From positions 20,338,001-20,402,000 of the forward strand of contig NC_087437.1 of the NCBI RefSeq assembly GCF_036321535.1: a DNA stretch of 64,000 bases. Direction: 5' to 3'. A model generated the notes under the pieces. The model ran no database searches. It saw only the letters and a program-made list of their open reading frames with translations, and was not told the origin of the DNA. Position 1 is the first letter of the stretch, and every line of letters starts with the position of its first letter. The translations under genes and the position numbers were made by a program. Shown piece after piece: positions 1-12,809 of this stretch. The DNA comes from Camelus dromedarius (taxonomy: Eukaryota).

Positions 1-249
1 CTGTCCTCTCCCCACCACAGCAACATTATTATTTTTCCTTTCACTTCCTTAAACTCCTCTTGGGCCCACTAAGCCTTCACCAGATGGAATTTAGGAACCT
101 ATTCTAGGTTCCTTGCATTTCTATAAAAATTGTACAATCGGTTTCTCAAAGAAGCTGTAAAGCACCTGCTAGGATTTCAATTGGGATTTTTTGGATCTAT
201 AGATCAATTTCAGGAGAACTGATATCTTAACAATATTGGGTCTTCAGAT

Positions 250-2170
250 CTACTATTCCTTATGTCTTTTTAAAGCATATGTAAGCATATATATACACAT
301 AAGATACATACATAAACATATATAATCAAATATATTGTTGGTATTACTTCACATAAACTGTTACCTATTATATTAAGAATAAGAAAAATAAAAGTTTTTA
401 TTTTACCTTCATGTATTCCTTCTTCAACACTCCTCCTTACTTTATGTAGACCCAAGCTACTGATCTATATTATGTGTATTCTCTCTAAGAACTTCTTTTA
501 ACATTTCTTGCAAGGTAGGTCTACTACTGGCTACAAATTCTACTAATTTTTATTTGTCTGAGAAGGGCTTAATTTCTTCTTCATTTTTGCAGGATAATTT
601 CACAGGGTACAAAATTCTAGTTTGGTGGGTTTTTTCTCAATACTTTAAATATTTCTCTCCACTCTCTTATTTCTTTCATGGCTTCTGAGAAGTTAGATGT
701 AATTCCTTGTCTATGTTCCTCTATAGGTAACATTTTTTTCCGCCCTCTGGCTTCTTTCAGGATATTTTTCATGATTTTTTTTTGGGGGGGGGATAGTTTG
801 AAAATGGTATGTCGACGTGTAATTTTGTTCTCTGAGCTTTCTGGATCTATGGTTTGGTGTCTGACATGAATCTGGGGAAATTCTGGTCATTATTGTTTCA
901 AATATCTCTTTATGTTCCCTCTTCTCTTCTCTTTCAAGTATTCCCACTACACATATGCTACACCTTTTGTAGTTGTCCCGGAGTCCTTGGATATTCTGTT
1001 CTGTCTTTTCCAGGTTTTCTTCTCTTTGCTTTTCAGTTTTCAGGGATTCTATTGACATATCCTCTAGCTCAGAGATTCTTTCCTCGGTCGTGTCCAGTCT
1101 ACTAATAAGCCTGTCAAAGGCATCCTACATTTTGTTGCAGTGGTTTTAATCTCTGGCATTTATTTTTGGCTCTTTCTTAGGATTTCCGTCTCTGCATACA
1201 TGGCCCATTGTTCTTTAATGCTATCTACTTTTTCCATTAGAGCCCTTAGTACATTGGTCATAGTTGTTTTAAATTCCCAGTCTGATCATTCCAACATCCC
1301 TGCCATGCCTGGTTCTGAGGCTGGCTCTTTCTCTTCAAATTGTGTTTTTTGTCCTTTTTGTATGCCTTGTGATTCTTTTTCCTGATAACAGGACATGATT
1401 TACTGGGTAGAAGGAACTCTAGTAAACAGGCGTTTAGTGATGTGGTGTGAAGGTGTGGGGGAAGGGGAAGTGTTTTGTGGTCCCATAATTAGGTCTCAGT
1501 CTTTTAGGGAGGCTGTATCTCTGGACTGTGAACATCAAAAGAGTTTCTCAGCTTTTTTCTCCCCACTTACGTGGGACAGGATGGGCTAGAACTAGCCTGA
1601 CTTTGTGATTTCTTCCCCCAAGTCAGTAAAACTCTGAAAACACCCCAGCAGCTTAAGCTCTGGTTAAATACTTTCCCCTGAGTGCAAGCCTTGGTAAGAA
1701 GAACAGAACGCTCTGGCAGATTTCAGAATAGTTTCCTTTCCCCTCCTCCTCCAGGAAACACAAGGAAATTTTCTCTGATAGTTACTGTGGGAAGCTGGTC
1801 AAGCTCCTGGAAGTAAATCTCACAATATTTCGAGGTTCCCCCTACGACTCGGTTCTTCTAGAGTTTCTAACTCACAGACTTGTCCACACTGAGCCTCCAG
1901 CAATTAGTCAGTTACAGTTGGAATCTTCCTAGCTCAGCACTGGTTTCCTTGGCAGCTTCTGCTCGTGGGTCTCTGCTCCAGTGAGGCATGATGCCCTGCA
2001 TCCCCCTATCTCTTCAATCTTGGGGGCAGCAGTTTGCTTTGACTCCTTTCCTCTCTTACTGATTCAAGAAGAGTGGTTGGTTTTTCAGTCTGTTCACCTT
2101 TTTGCTTGTTGTTAGGATGGAATGGTGACTTCTAAGCTCCTTACATGCAGAACCAGAAACTAGAAGTCTC
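250..2170 (-). mobile_element. Old L1 5' portion (5' UTR plus decayed ORF1, L1MC/L1MD-like)
   Basis: Minus-strand ORF 711-1058 (EKQREENLEKTEQNIQGLRDNYKRCSICVVGI...EIFETIM) resembles L1 ORF1p; it interrupts an older L1 ORF2 remnant. Confidence 0.75.
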
Positions 2171-2174
2171 TTAA

Positions 2175-2830
2175 GTCTTCCAAATGTTTTCCCAGCAATA
2201 ATTTTTCAGCATAGCTGAAAATATATTCAGTATACACAGATTTTGTTTTTTTTTAATTTTCCCCTCGCTATTTCATATTTTCCCTAAATAATTTTGTTTT
2301 TAATGCTATTTTAAATAGCATTTTTTACTTCACTTCTGATACTTTTGTTGCTAATACATAGAAATGCAATTTATTCTTGTATGTTGACCTTGTGTCCTGT
2401 AAGCCTATAAAATCACTTAGTAGTTTAATAGTTTTTAAAAATAGATTTCTTAACATTTTCTATGGAGAGAATTATGTTTATCTGTGAATAAAGACAGTTT
2501 TACTTCTTTCCCAGTCTGTGTGCTTCTTATTTCTCTTTCTGCCTTATTGTACTGGCTCTGACTTCTAGTACGTTAAAAAGACATGGTAAGAGTGGTCATG
2601 CTTCCTTTGTTTCCCAAACTTAGGGGGGAAACCATTCAATCTCTCACCACTGAGTATGATGTTAGTTTTTTTTCATTAAGTTCTCTATCATGTTTAGAAA
2701 ATTCCATTTATTCCCAGTTTTCTAAATGTTTTTATCATGTGTTGTAATTTTGTCAAATGTTTTTTTCTGTACCTATTATGATGAATAATTTTTTTGTGTT
2801 TGTTACTATGGTAAATTATATTGAGATATT
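2175..2830 (-). mobile_element. Ancient L1 ORF2 remnant (continues a piece at ~100-250)
   Basis: T-rich antisense L1 motifs (ttttgttgctaatacatagaaatgcaat; gagtggtcatgcttcctttgtttcc; ctctcaccactgagtatgatgttag). Confidence 0.7.
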
Positions 2831-3194
2831 TAACATAACAAACCAGCCTGCTGCTTTATCCTAAACTGGAAATGACCATACGTCAATACGACAATTGTTA
2901 AACAAATGGTGGTTTACGCATACCCTCTCCCTTATTTTCTCTATCATATGATAGAGCAATAAAACGGTAAGAAACCTAAAAAATACAGACAAACGATATA
3001 GGTAAAATCACAAGAAGGGAACCCCAAACTGCTGAAGAGAAGAAATTCTCAATCTCACTGGTAACCAGAGAATTACACTTTAAAATAAGAAAACACCACG
3101 TCTTACCCAGTGATCTCAACAACCACAAGTTCTGGTTGCTTCCCTCTCAGTGGAACACAAGAGTTGATGCCACGATAAAACACCCAGTTATTGA

Positions 3195-3310
3195 GGGGGG
3201 AGGGTGTAGCTCAGTGGTAGAGCACATGCTTAGCATGCATGAGGTCCTGGGTTCAATCCCCAGTACCTCCATTAAAAGAAATAAATAAACCTACATTCCC
3301 TTCCCCCCCA
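3195..3310 (+). mobile_element. tRNA-Ala-derived SINE (camelid vic-1-like)
   Basis: A box TAGCTCAGTGG, anticodon arm TGCT-TAGCA-TGCA, B box GGTTCAATCC, A-rich tail; 18-bp TSD aaaacaccca(g/a)ttattga at 3177-3194 and 3311-3328. Confidence 0.9.
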
Positions 3311-5449
3311 AAAACACCCAATTATTGACAAAAATTAAGCCATTACTATCTAGTGCCTGTCTGGGAGGAGTAGCTGGTGCTACTATGTTTGAGGGCAATC
3401 TGGCAGGTCTGAGTGACAAGCAGCAGCCCCATACCTTGATGCTTTTCTGGAAGAAACTCTTACACGAATCCACGTATAAGGAGAAATATGCAAATATGTT
3501 TACCACTCATTTATTTGTGACAGCAAAGAGAAGAAAGCAACCTAACTGTCCCTCTGGATAAATAATGGTGGAACCTACCTATGATAAAATGCTATGCAGA
3601 AGGAGGAAGTAATAGATTTGATTTTAACACAGCAATATGAATAAATCTATGAAACATATTGACTAGAAAAAGTAAACCACAAAGTGAGATCTATAGCACA
3701 GAGCCACTGACATAAATTAAAACACACCACACTATTCATTTTTTAAGAAGAGATTTATCTGAATAAACACATGGAAGGGGGATTGAATGGATGCATATAA
3801 AATATTCTCAAAGTGGACTTGTGGGATAAAAGAGAAAAACAGAAATAAAATAAATGAAAGAGGGTCCATGCACCAAACAAGAAACAATAGCATGCCTTGA
3901 GTTGAAGCATATGATCAACAAAGCCCAGGAACCTGCATCTTACAGACAAAAAATAAAAAAGTTTCAGTTTTAAATGAAATTTAAGCCCCTGAGACAGACT
4001 AGTAAGGGACAGACATGGGATCCCAGGTGCTTCCATGGAGCCCTTCCACAGATTAGGAAAAAAAGCAGCCGTGTCCTTGATTAGATCCAAAGCTACAAAC
4101 TGTCAAACTACACAGTTCAGGTGATCTGTTGCACTGTCAATCCTGTCTCTTCAGAGGTGTTACTTTGCTGATGTTCATAATTATACCCCAGCATCATGAA
4201 CCATTTGCACATTCCTAAAATAGCTTAAAATCCAGTGCCACCACAAACTCCTCTCATTTTGATTCCACTGAACTCACAAAGGAAGCCTCTCCACACTGAC
4301 AACAGAAGAGGCCCATCCTGAGCTTCTCCATCCCCTGAAGAAGTGAGGGAGTTAGTTGTGTGTCCTCCGTTGCCACTCCTGGCGCTGTTGTAATGACTTC
4401 CCTCACCTGAGTTTCACCTGTAATGAGTTTGCCCAAATACTTCCTCTAGCCTCCCTCTACCAGAGACCCTCCCTCTACTGAGACCCTTCCTCTCCTGGAA
4501 TGGAAGTTTCTCAGAGAAGCTCCCAAACTGAATGGCTTCTACCCACCCATATCCATTCCTCCCACTGCCCTGTTTTCTGGTATATGCAGCACATTTCTCT
4601 CTCCTCAACACTATCAGATCACTGTCCTGGGACAAGTTTGCTGTCCTGTGTTCCCTCTAAAATATGAGCAATGGTAATAATTAATATTTCATGATTAATA
4701 ATTTTGCTTGTCTTCTTGGAAATCTGATGAGCGTTGGGGGAATCAGTTGGTTAGCTTGGTTTGTTAATAAAAGATGCCCCCAAAAATTTGTGCTGCAGTC
4801 TCTTTACCATACTATAAAGTTCTGCTCTGCAAGCAGAGACACACAAGTATCTTTGAAGCTATGCGTGTTTCCCTTAGAATCACAGTGATGAAGGTGGCAT
4901 CTCTCCCACTGAAACCATTAGTAAAGGGCTTACTCAGCATTTCATCCCTTTATTCTCTCCTACCTCCTTCCTCAGGTCAGCCGCTCAGATTCAGACGGAA
5001 TGAAAGCTAATGGGAAAGAGTAATGCCTTTTCCAAAGACTTCTCTTCCCTTCTCTGTCAGTGGGCTAACTTGACATTTTGTTGGCAGCCTTCAGAGCACT
5101 TCACACATCTCTGGAAAATGTTGAAAGCAATTTATAGGGTCTCAGCACACATAATAAATAGGTTTTCAAAACAATCTTTCTTAAAATTGCCAACAATATC
5201 TAGACTGGGTGAGACGCTGTTTTCTCTCTGTTGGTCTCCCCTGGGAGGTATTACCAAATAATTATCAAGACCAGAAGGATTAAGATAACAGTTCAGTGAC
5301 CACAAGTCACTGATATGCTGGGACAGGCTTGTCATTACACAAAAAAATATGTTCCAGAAATGACCATACACTGGCATCATACTTCTAATCTGGTTTTGCC
5401 TGGAAGGTCAAAAATTCTTGCTCAGATCAGGTGTGGTGAATATCTGTAG

Positions 5450-5975
5450 CTTTTGCCCCCTACTATCCGTTTCCCATCGTGCTGGTAACCCATCTCCGTC
5501 TTTCTCTGGGGAACCACCCCTTCCCACACCCAGTCCACGTGCTCTGAGTAGGCACAGCCCACGCCCAGCTCAGGGGTGAACACACATAAGTTTAGGCTAA
5601 CCCGGTCAGTACGCTGTGTTCCTCCGGCCACAGCAACTGGCTTGACCCACCCAGACCCAGTAAGATACAAGATGCTCCTGGAGCTTCTGGGAGAGAGACA
5701 AGTGTCTCCATTTCTGGATTTAAACTGTAAGGAGGAAAGAGTTTGAGAGTTATTGCCACCATCATGTTACCTGAGACTACAGCCAAGACAGAAAGGCAGA
5801 GCTGAGATGCGAGAAACTGAATCTTACACAACACTGTTTGAATCTTTAAATCCAGCTGTGCCTGAAACCATCTATAACTCTGGTTGGTTCAGTTAAATGA
5901 GACAAAGTTTCCTTTTTCTTTTTTCTGATTAAGCAGGTTATGACTAGGCATTCTTTTATTTCAAAACCAAACCAA
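5450..5975 (+). mobile_element. Old MaLR LTR (MLT1J/K-like)
   Basis: Characteristic MLT1 3' end: tccagctgtgcctgaa...ttaagcaggttatgactaggcattcttttatttcaaaacc. Confidence 0.6.
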
Positions 5976-6992
5976 ACAAAAAATCCTGAGTACCCCACCA
6001 TGTACCCTACTTTTAAGTCTGAAAAATACATTCAGTGAAGGTAAAAGTGTAAACTGAGTGACGTAACAAAGAACCTGTATTTCTACATTTCCTAAGGTAG
6101 CTTAGCACATCCTAGCCACACCCTAACTTCCCAAGGTTGTGTGAGTGGTGTCTGCTAGACTGACAGAATGAATGGGCACAGAAGGAAAGTCAAGAATAAT
6201 TCATGTCAAGTGTCAGGAAATCCCTGGGTTTCAAAACAACAATCACTGGAATTTGGAATCTCCAGTGTAAATATGCAACTGCCTATCAATGTCGAAGGAG
6301 CAGAGCTCATGAAAGGCTGAGCCACAAAATAAAATGCCTGTGAGCAAGAAGGCACTCATTGACTAGATTCTTGACAAGGCCACTTGTCTTCCTGAAACAG
6401 AGAATAGACAAAACCTAAAGGAAGGTCTTTAGTAGGCCTGGGCCTGCACGTCATCAAAACTACATCTGAAGTGTGGGGTTCTCAGCACGCCTCTCTGCAC
6501 AGGTACAATGGGACCTCCCTACTCCCTTCTCCCAACCTGAGCATCCATACCCTGGAGAAGGTCCTTAGGAGGAGAGTAAGACTCGCAAAGAACCTCTTTA
6601 GCTAAGTGATCATATTGCTCCCTATGGAGTCTTCCTGGTTGGTACCCAGGTTTCTGGAAACTGCAAGTAATCACGTAGTTGCCTGGTGGGTGACTCCTCA
6701 GCTTCCATCATCCTGAAATGCACATGGAACCCAGTGAAAGGTATGTTTAGAACATCTGTTAAATGATTATAAACATAAAAAAAATGCACCTCCACATTGC
6801 AGAAGAAGGGAACGATCAGATTCAGGACCTCAGAGTGCCTCTCACCTCAAAAGGATGTGAGGGTGTGGGCTGGAAAAGGCAGCACGAATTTATGAAAGAG
6901 ACTCATGCAGAGCTTGAGGTCCACGGCACGAAGACGCTGGCTTCCTCCTGACACCGATAAGTTAAGCATCCTTGGCAACTCAAAACTACTTT

Positions 6993-7575
6993 TGTTGCGG
7001 AAAAATGTGTTACAGCTCGGTGTTATAGCTCGGTGTTTCAGCTCAGTTGTGACAGCAACCTGGAACCGGGCGAGAGACCAAACAGCACTCGGAGAGTTGG
7101 AGAACTCAGGTTTACTACGCCAGCGGGCCCAGAGGAGTTAACACTCCAAGCTCTGGACACCGTCTGTGGGTTTACATAGACCTTTATAGGCTGACAGTTT
7201 ATACAATGCAACATCATATGTAAGTAAAGTATAACAAAAGTTGACCAACCAGGAACAAGGTTTGTAGAAATAGACCCATCAGGAGTGAGAGAGATAACCA
7301 ATCAGGAGTGAGCTCCATGCAAATGAAGTACTACAAATGGACCAATCAGAAGTGAGAGTAATAACCAATCAGGAGTGAAGGAAATAATGAATCAGAAATG
7401 AGCTCAGGGAACCAATAGAATTTTAGGGGTAAGTAAGCCGTTTCAGAGGCAAAGAGTGAGATAGAAGCAAAAAGTGAGATAGAGCCTCTGGGCCAGGGAA
7501 CCGGATGGTGCTGGCAGGAGAGGAGTGGCCCTGCTTGGGGGTCCTGCTGGTCTTTTTATGGGGCTTCCCACCTCA
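6993..7575 (-). mobile_element. Solo LTR, ERV1 (gammaretrovirus-like) class
   Basis: TG...CA termini; perfect 4-bp TSD CTTT at 6989-6992 and 7576-7579; minus-strand TATAAA (7183-7188) and AGTAAA (7111-7116); repeated CCAAT units in U3. Confidence 0.88.
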
Positions 7576-8169
7576 CTTTCAGACTGGGAAGGCCCAGGAC
7601 TTGAAGAAAAAGGAGTTCTCACAAGACCTGGAAATGAAGAAACAAACTAGCAGGTTCAGCTTTAGAAAATTGTAAACTGAGTAAAGTGTTGTTCTCACCC
7701 ACTGAAGCCCACCTTCCCCCCAGAGGTCCAGGGCTCTTCTGTGGCTTCAGTCACAGAAGAGATGGGTTGGACAAAGGAGCCAGGATTTACTGTAAGCCAA
7801 GGAGCACCAAGAATAGAAAACCAGAGAAAATAATGATGCCAAGAGTGAGGTTAGTCTTCAGCTCATTTCAAGTGGTGAAACTTCTCAGGCTTTGACAAGA
7901 CCCCTACGTGACCCCAAACTCCTTTCTCTAAACAAGGAATGGAATCCCACTGCTGGACTTGTATTCTTTTAGCTTCTGACTCTAATCCCATTAAAATACA
8001 GATCTCTTTGAAGAGAAAATAGCTCAGACTTTAAACTGCTGTCAGTCATTTGCTCCTGTGTGAACCAAAAAGCTTTGTCACTAGAGAAGAAAGTGGGATA
8101 ACCAGGCACATAAATCATGAAGAGGATGAGGAAACGGGACATCACTGAGGGGAAAATGGTATTTGGGTA

Positions 8170-8310
8170 AGTGGTACAGTGGAGTGGGCGGAGAACAGAC
8201 TTTGGAGTCTGAAAGACCTGGATTCAAATCTTGATTCTACTACCTACTGTCTGTTACCTTGGGCTTATTATTTCACTCCTTTGAAACTCAACTACCTTCT
8301 TTGTGACATA
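8170..8310 (+). mobile_element. MIR SINE fragment
   Basis: MIR core motifs: acagactttggagtctgaaagacctggattcaaatcttgattctactacctact...accttggg. Confidence 0.7.
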
Positions 8311-8534
8311 TAAATACCCATCCCTGTGCCTGGGATCACTGCATTCTCTTTGTCTTGAGTGCCCATATATTCCTTGCCACTTGCCTGGCTATCTTCTATG
8401 TAGGCTATATGTTGCCTGTGTCACCTCCTCAGAAAGACTAGATTGGGGAGGTGCCCCTTGTCTGGGTCCTACAGCATCCATCCATGTACTACATGAGCAG
8501 AGGATGCATCAGTTGTAACTCTTGGTACTCTGTG

Positions 8535-8710
8535 GTGTGAGGTACAAACTATTAGCTACAAGGATATACTGTATAATATATACTAAGGAATATAGCCAAT
8601 ATTTTGTAATAACTATAAATGGAGTGTGACCTTTAAAAATTGTGAACCACTATATTGTACACCTGTAACTTACATAACATTATACATCAACTATACTTCA
8701 ACTTTTAAAA
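8535..8710 (+). mobile_element. Short L1 3' UTR fragment
   Basis: ggaatatagccaatattttgtaataactataaatgga...tgtacacctgtaact...tcaactatacttcaa is a typical laurasiatherian L1 3' end. Confidence 0.75.
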
Positions 8711-8714
8711 AGTC

Positions 8715-9218
8715 AATGGTTGTCAGACTGAATAAAAAAGCAAGAACCAACTATATGCTGTTAACATGAGATGTACTTTAAACATAAGGGAAAAATAAGT
8801 TAAAAGCAAAAAGACACTCCACCAAATACTGAACATAAAAAAAAAAAATGGTGGTTAATTCATGTAAGACAGAATCATGTATTTAAAAATACCTATTATA
8901 GAAATAAAGAGGGCTATCATTATGATAAAAGAATCAATTAATTAGGAACTAATAACCATCATATATGTGTATGTACCTAACATTTGAGCTTCAAAAATAA
9001 GGCAAAATCTGACAGAACTAAAGAAATAAATAGATTAAAACATAATCATAGTTGGGGATTTTTAACACAGCTCTCTGAGTAATTTATAGAAGAAATAGTC
9101 CAAAAAATCACTAAAAATGCAGATAATAAGAATATTATAAAGTGCCTTGGACTAATCAATATTCACAAGACATGTGAAGAACTCACATGGGATGTTCTCC
9201 AATCAAGACCATATGTTG
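8715..9218 (+). mobile_element. Old L1 ORF2 endonuclease-region remnant (left part)
   Basis: Decayed motifs equivalent to WIKKQ.PTIC, IIVGDFNT and HG.FS..DHML. Confidence 0.75.
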
Positions 9219-11373
9219 CCCACTATCACTACTCCTATCCAACATAGTCTTGGAAGTCCTAGCCACAGCAGTCAGGCAAGAGAGAAATAAAAGGGATCCA
9301 AATTGGAAAAGAAGAGATAAAAGTGTCACTATATGCAGATGACATGATACTATATATAGAAAACCCCAAAAGGTCCACACAAAAACTACTGGAAATAATC
9401 GAAGAATTCAGCAAGGTAGCAGATTAACATACAAAAATCAGTTGCATTTCTTTACACTAACGATGAATCAACAGGAAAAGAAAGTAAAGAAACAATCCCC
9501 TTTAAAATAGCAACCAAAGTAATAAAATACCTAGGAATAAATCTAACCAAGGAGGTGAAAGACTTACACATGGAGAACTATAAAACACAGATTAAGGAAA
9601 TTAAAGAAGACTTTAAAAAATGGAAAGATATCCCATGCTCTTGGATTGGAAGAATCAATATTGTCAAAATGGTCACACTGGCCAAGGCAATCTACAGATT
9701 TAATGCAATCCCTATCCAATTACCCAGGACATATTTCACAGAACTAGAAGAAATCATAATAAAATTTATATGGAACCACAAAAGACCTAGAATTGCCAAA
9801 ACATTACCGAAGAAAAAGAAAGAGGCTGGAGGAATAACTCTCCCAGACTTCAGACAATACTATAGAACTATAGTAATCAAGACAGCATGGTATTGGTACA
9901 AAAACAGACACATGGACCAATGGAACAGAATAGAGAGTCCAGAAATGAACCCACAAACTTTTGGTCAACTAATCTTTGACAAAGGAGGCAAGAATATACA
10001 ATGGAATAAAGACAGTCTCTTCAGCAAATGGTGTTGGGAAAACTGGACAGCAGCATGTAAATCAATGAAGCTAGAACACTCCCTTACACCATACACAAAA
10101 ATAAACTCAAAATGGATCAAAGACTTAAACATAAGACAAGATACAATAAACCTCCTAGAAGAAAATATAGGCAAAACATTATCTGACATACATCTCAAAA
10201 ATGTTCTCCTAGGGCAGTCTACCCAACCAATAGAAATAAAAGCAAGAATAAATAAATGGGATCTAATTAAACCTGCAAGCTTCTGCACAGCAAAGGAAAC
10301 CTTAAGTAAAACAAAAAGACAACCTACGGAATGGGAGAAAATTTTTGCAAATGATGAAACCAACAAAGGCTTGATCTCCAGAATATATAAGCAGCTTATA
10401 CAACTTAATAAGAAAAAAAAACAAACAACCTAATCCAAAAATGTGCAGAAGACCTAAACAAGCAATCCTCCAAGGAAGAAGTACAAATGATCAATAAGCA
10501 CATGAAAAAATGCTCAATATCACTAATTATCAGAGAAATGCAAATCAAAACTACAATGATGCATCACCTCACACAGTCAGAATGGTCATCATTCAAAAGT
10601 CCACAAATGACAAATGCTAGACAGGCTGTGGAGAAAAGGGAACCCTCCTACACTGCTGGTGGGAAGGCAGTTTGGTGCAGCCACTGTGGAAAACAGTATG
10701 GAGATTCCTCAAAAGACTAGGAATAGACTTACCATATGACCCAGGAATCCTGCTCGTGGGTATATATCCAGAAGGAATCCTACTTCAAAAAGACACCTGC
10801 ACAGTGTTCATAGCAGCACTATTTACAATAGCCAAGACATGGAAACAGCCTAAATGTCCATCAAGAGATGACTGGATAAAGAAGAGGTGGTATATTTATA
10901 CAGTGGAATACTATTCAGCCATAAAAACCGACAACATAATGCCATTTGCAGCAACATGGACGTCCCTGGAGAATGTCATTCTAAGTAAAGTAAGCCAGAA
11001 AGAGAAAGAAAAATACCATATGAGATTGCTCATATGTGGAATCGAAAAAAAAAAAAAGAACATAAATACAAAACAGAAACAGACTCATAAGACCTAGAAT
11101 ACAAACTTGTGGTTGCCAAGGGGGCAGGGGGTGGGAAGGAACAGACTGGGATTTCAAAATTTGTAGATACTGACAGGCATATGCAGAATAGATAAACAAG
11201 ATTATACTGTATAGCACAGGGAAATATATACAAGATCTTGTGGTAGCTTACAGTGAAAAAAATGTGACAATGAACATATGTATGTTCATGTATAATTGAA
11301 AAATTGTGCTCTACACTGGAACTTGACACAACATTGTAAAATGACTATAACTCAATAAAAAATGTTTAAAAAA
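9217..11373 (+). mobile_element. Young 5'-truncated L1 (ORF2 RT and C-terminal region plus 3' UTR), non-functional
   Basis: Starts at the CPLS motif; YADD at 9332-9343; 292-aa ORF2 segment 9555-10433; further ORF2 pieces 10487-11097 separated by frameshifts; 3' UTR ending aataaaaaatgtttaaaaaa. Confidence 0.97.
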
Positions 11374-12790
11374 CTGAATAATAATGAAAATACAAGATAA
11401 CATTCATGGGATATAGCTGAAGAAGTGATTATTAGGAAGTTAGAGCTTCAAATGCTATTATTAGAAATGAAAGTTTTAAAATGAATAATCTAAGATTCCT
11501 TAAGAAGCTAGAAAAAGACAAGCAAATTAAGCTAAAGCAACTCGAAAGAAAGATACAACAAGAAATAAGAATAGAAATCAATAAATGGAAAACAAATAAT
11601 AAAGAACATCAATAAAACCAAGAGCTGGTTTTTTAATAGTAATAAATTTAAAATTCCCTACTAAGAATGACAAGAAAAGACTCAAATGCAAATTACCATA
11701 TCAGAAATTGAAGCACAAATATCATTACAGATCTTGTAAATACTAAAAAATAAGAGATTATGAATACTATGCCAATGTAATCAACGAATTAGAAAAAATA
11801 GATAAATTCTTTTAGAAACACAACCTACCAAAACTGACAAGATTTAATATAGAATACGAATAGCCCTGTAACTATTAGACACACTGAATTTGTAATAAAA
11901 AAAAAAATTTCCTGCAAAGAAAACTCAAAGGACAGATGGTCTTATTTGTGAATTAGGAAAAATTTTTTAACTGGGAAGAGAGAGGGTGGGAAGGATAAAA
12001 CGTGAGTTGGAGATTTGCAGATACTAACTACCATATATAAAATAGACAAACAACAAATTCATAGTATGTATCACAGGCAACTGTATTCAATATCATGTAG
12101 TAACCTATAATGAAAAAAGAGTACGGAAAGGTATGTTATGTATGTATATGTATGACTGAAACATTATGCTGTACACCAGAAACTGACACAACATTGTAAA
12201 GTGATTCTATTTCAATTAAAATAAATATATTTTAAAAAGAAAAAAAGAATCTTTAAAGAATACTATTTGATTGTCTCAATAAAAACAGAAAATTATTTGA
12301 TGAAATAACATCCATTAATAATTTTTAAACAAGGAACAGAAGGAACTCATAAAAGGAATATAATGAAAAACTACAGCCAGCATCAGCAAAACTACAGTCA
12401 ACGTCACTTTCAAGGGAAAAAGATGGAATACGTGCTCCCCCTAAGATTGAAAACAAGGCAAGCATGTCCACTATCATGACCTCTGTTCAACATTGCACTA
12501 GAAGTCACAGCCAGTCCAGTAAGAAAGAAAAAAAATGAAAAGAAAAAAGTAAAATATTTATGCACAGATGACGTGATTGTGTAGAAAATCTTAAGACATC
12601 TACAATGAAATTGATAAGTGAATTTAGCAAGTTCATAGCATACAAATTCAATATACTAAAATCAAGTACAGAAGAAAACAACTGGAAAATGAAATTAAAA
12701 TTTTCAATTACAACGCAGTCAGCAAACATCCTTTAGGAATAAATTTAACATTGGATGTACAATACCACTGGCATTTTAATAGTTCCATTA
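11374..12790 (+). mobile_element. Old L1 ORF2 remnant (right part), itself interrupted by an L1 3' UTR piece at ~11973-12250
   Basis: Decayed LN.NENT...WD.A..V, KKLEK, NLPKL and later RT motifs; the nested piece has an L1 3' end (tgctgtacaccagaaactgacacaacattgtaa) and A-rich tail. Confidence 0.75.
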
Positions 12791-12809
12791 TTTTAATGGA
12801 AATAACAGG

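Noticed and set aside
3199..3271. Functional tRNA-Ala gene (also the copy near 16292)
   Set aside because: TSDs, SINE tail and acceptor-stem mismatch identify these as SINE copies.
7240..7420. Spaced direct repeats superficially like a CRISPR array
   Set aside because: Eukaryotic DNA; degenerate units with irregular spacing inside an LTR U3 region.
9555..11097. ORFs of 292, 77 and 141 aa as host genes or an active retrotransposon
   Set aside because: Frameshifted pieces of L1 ORF2 in a 5'-truncated copy lacking promoter, ORF1 and endonuclease.
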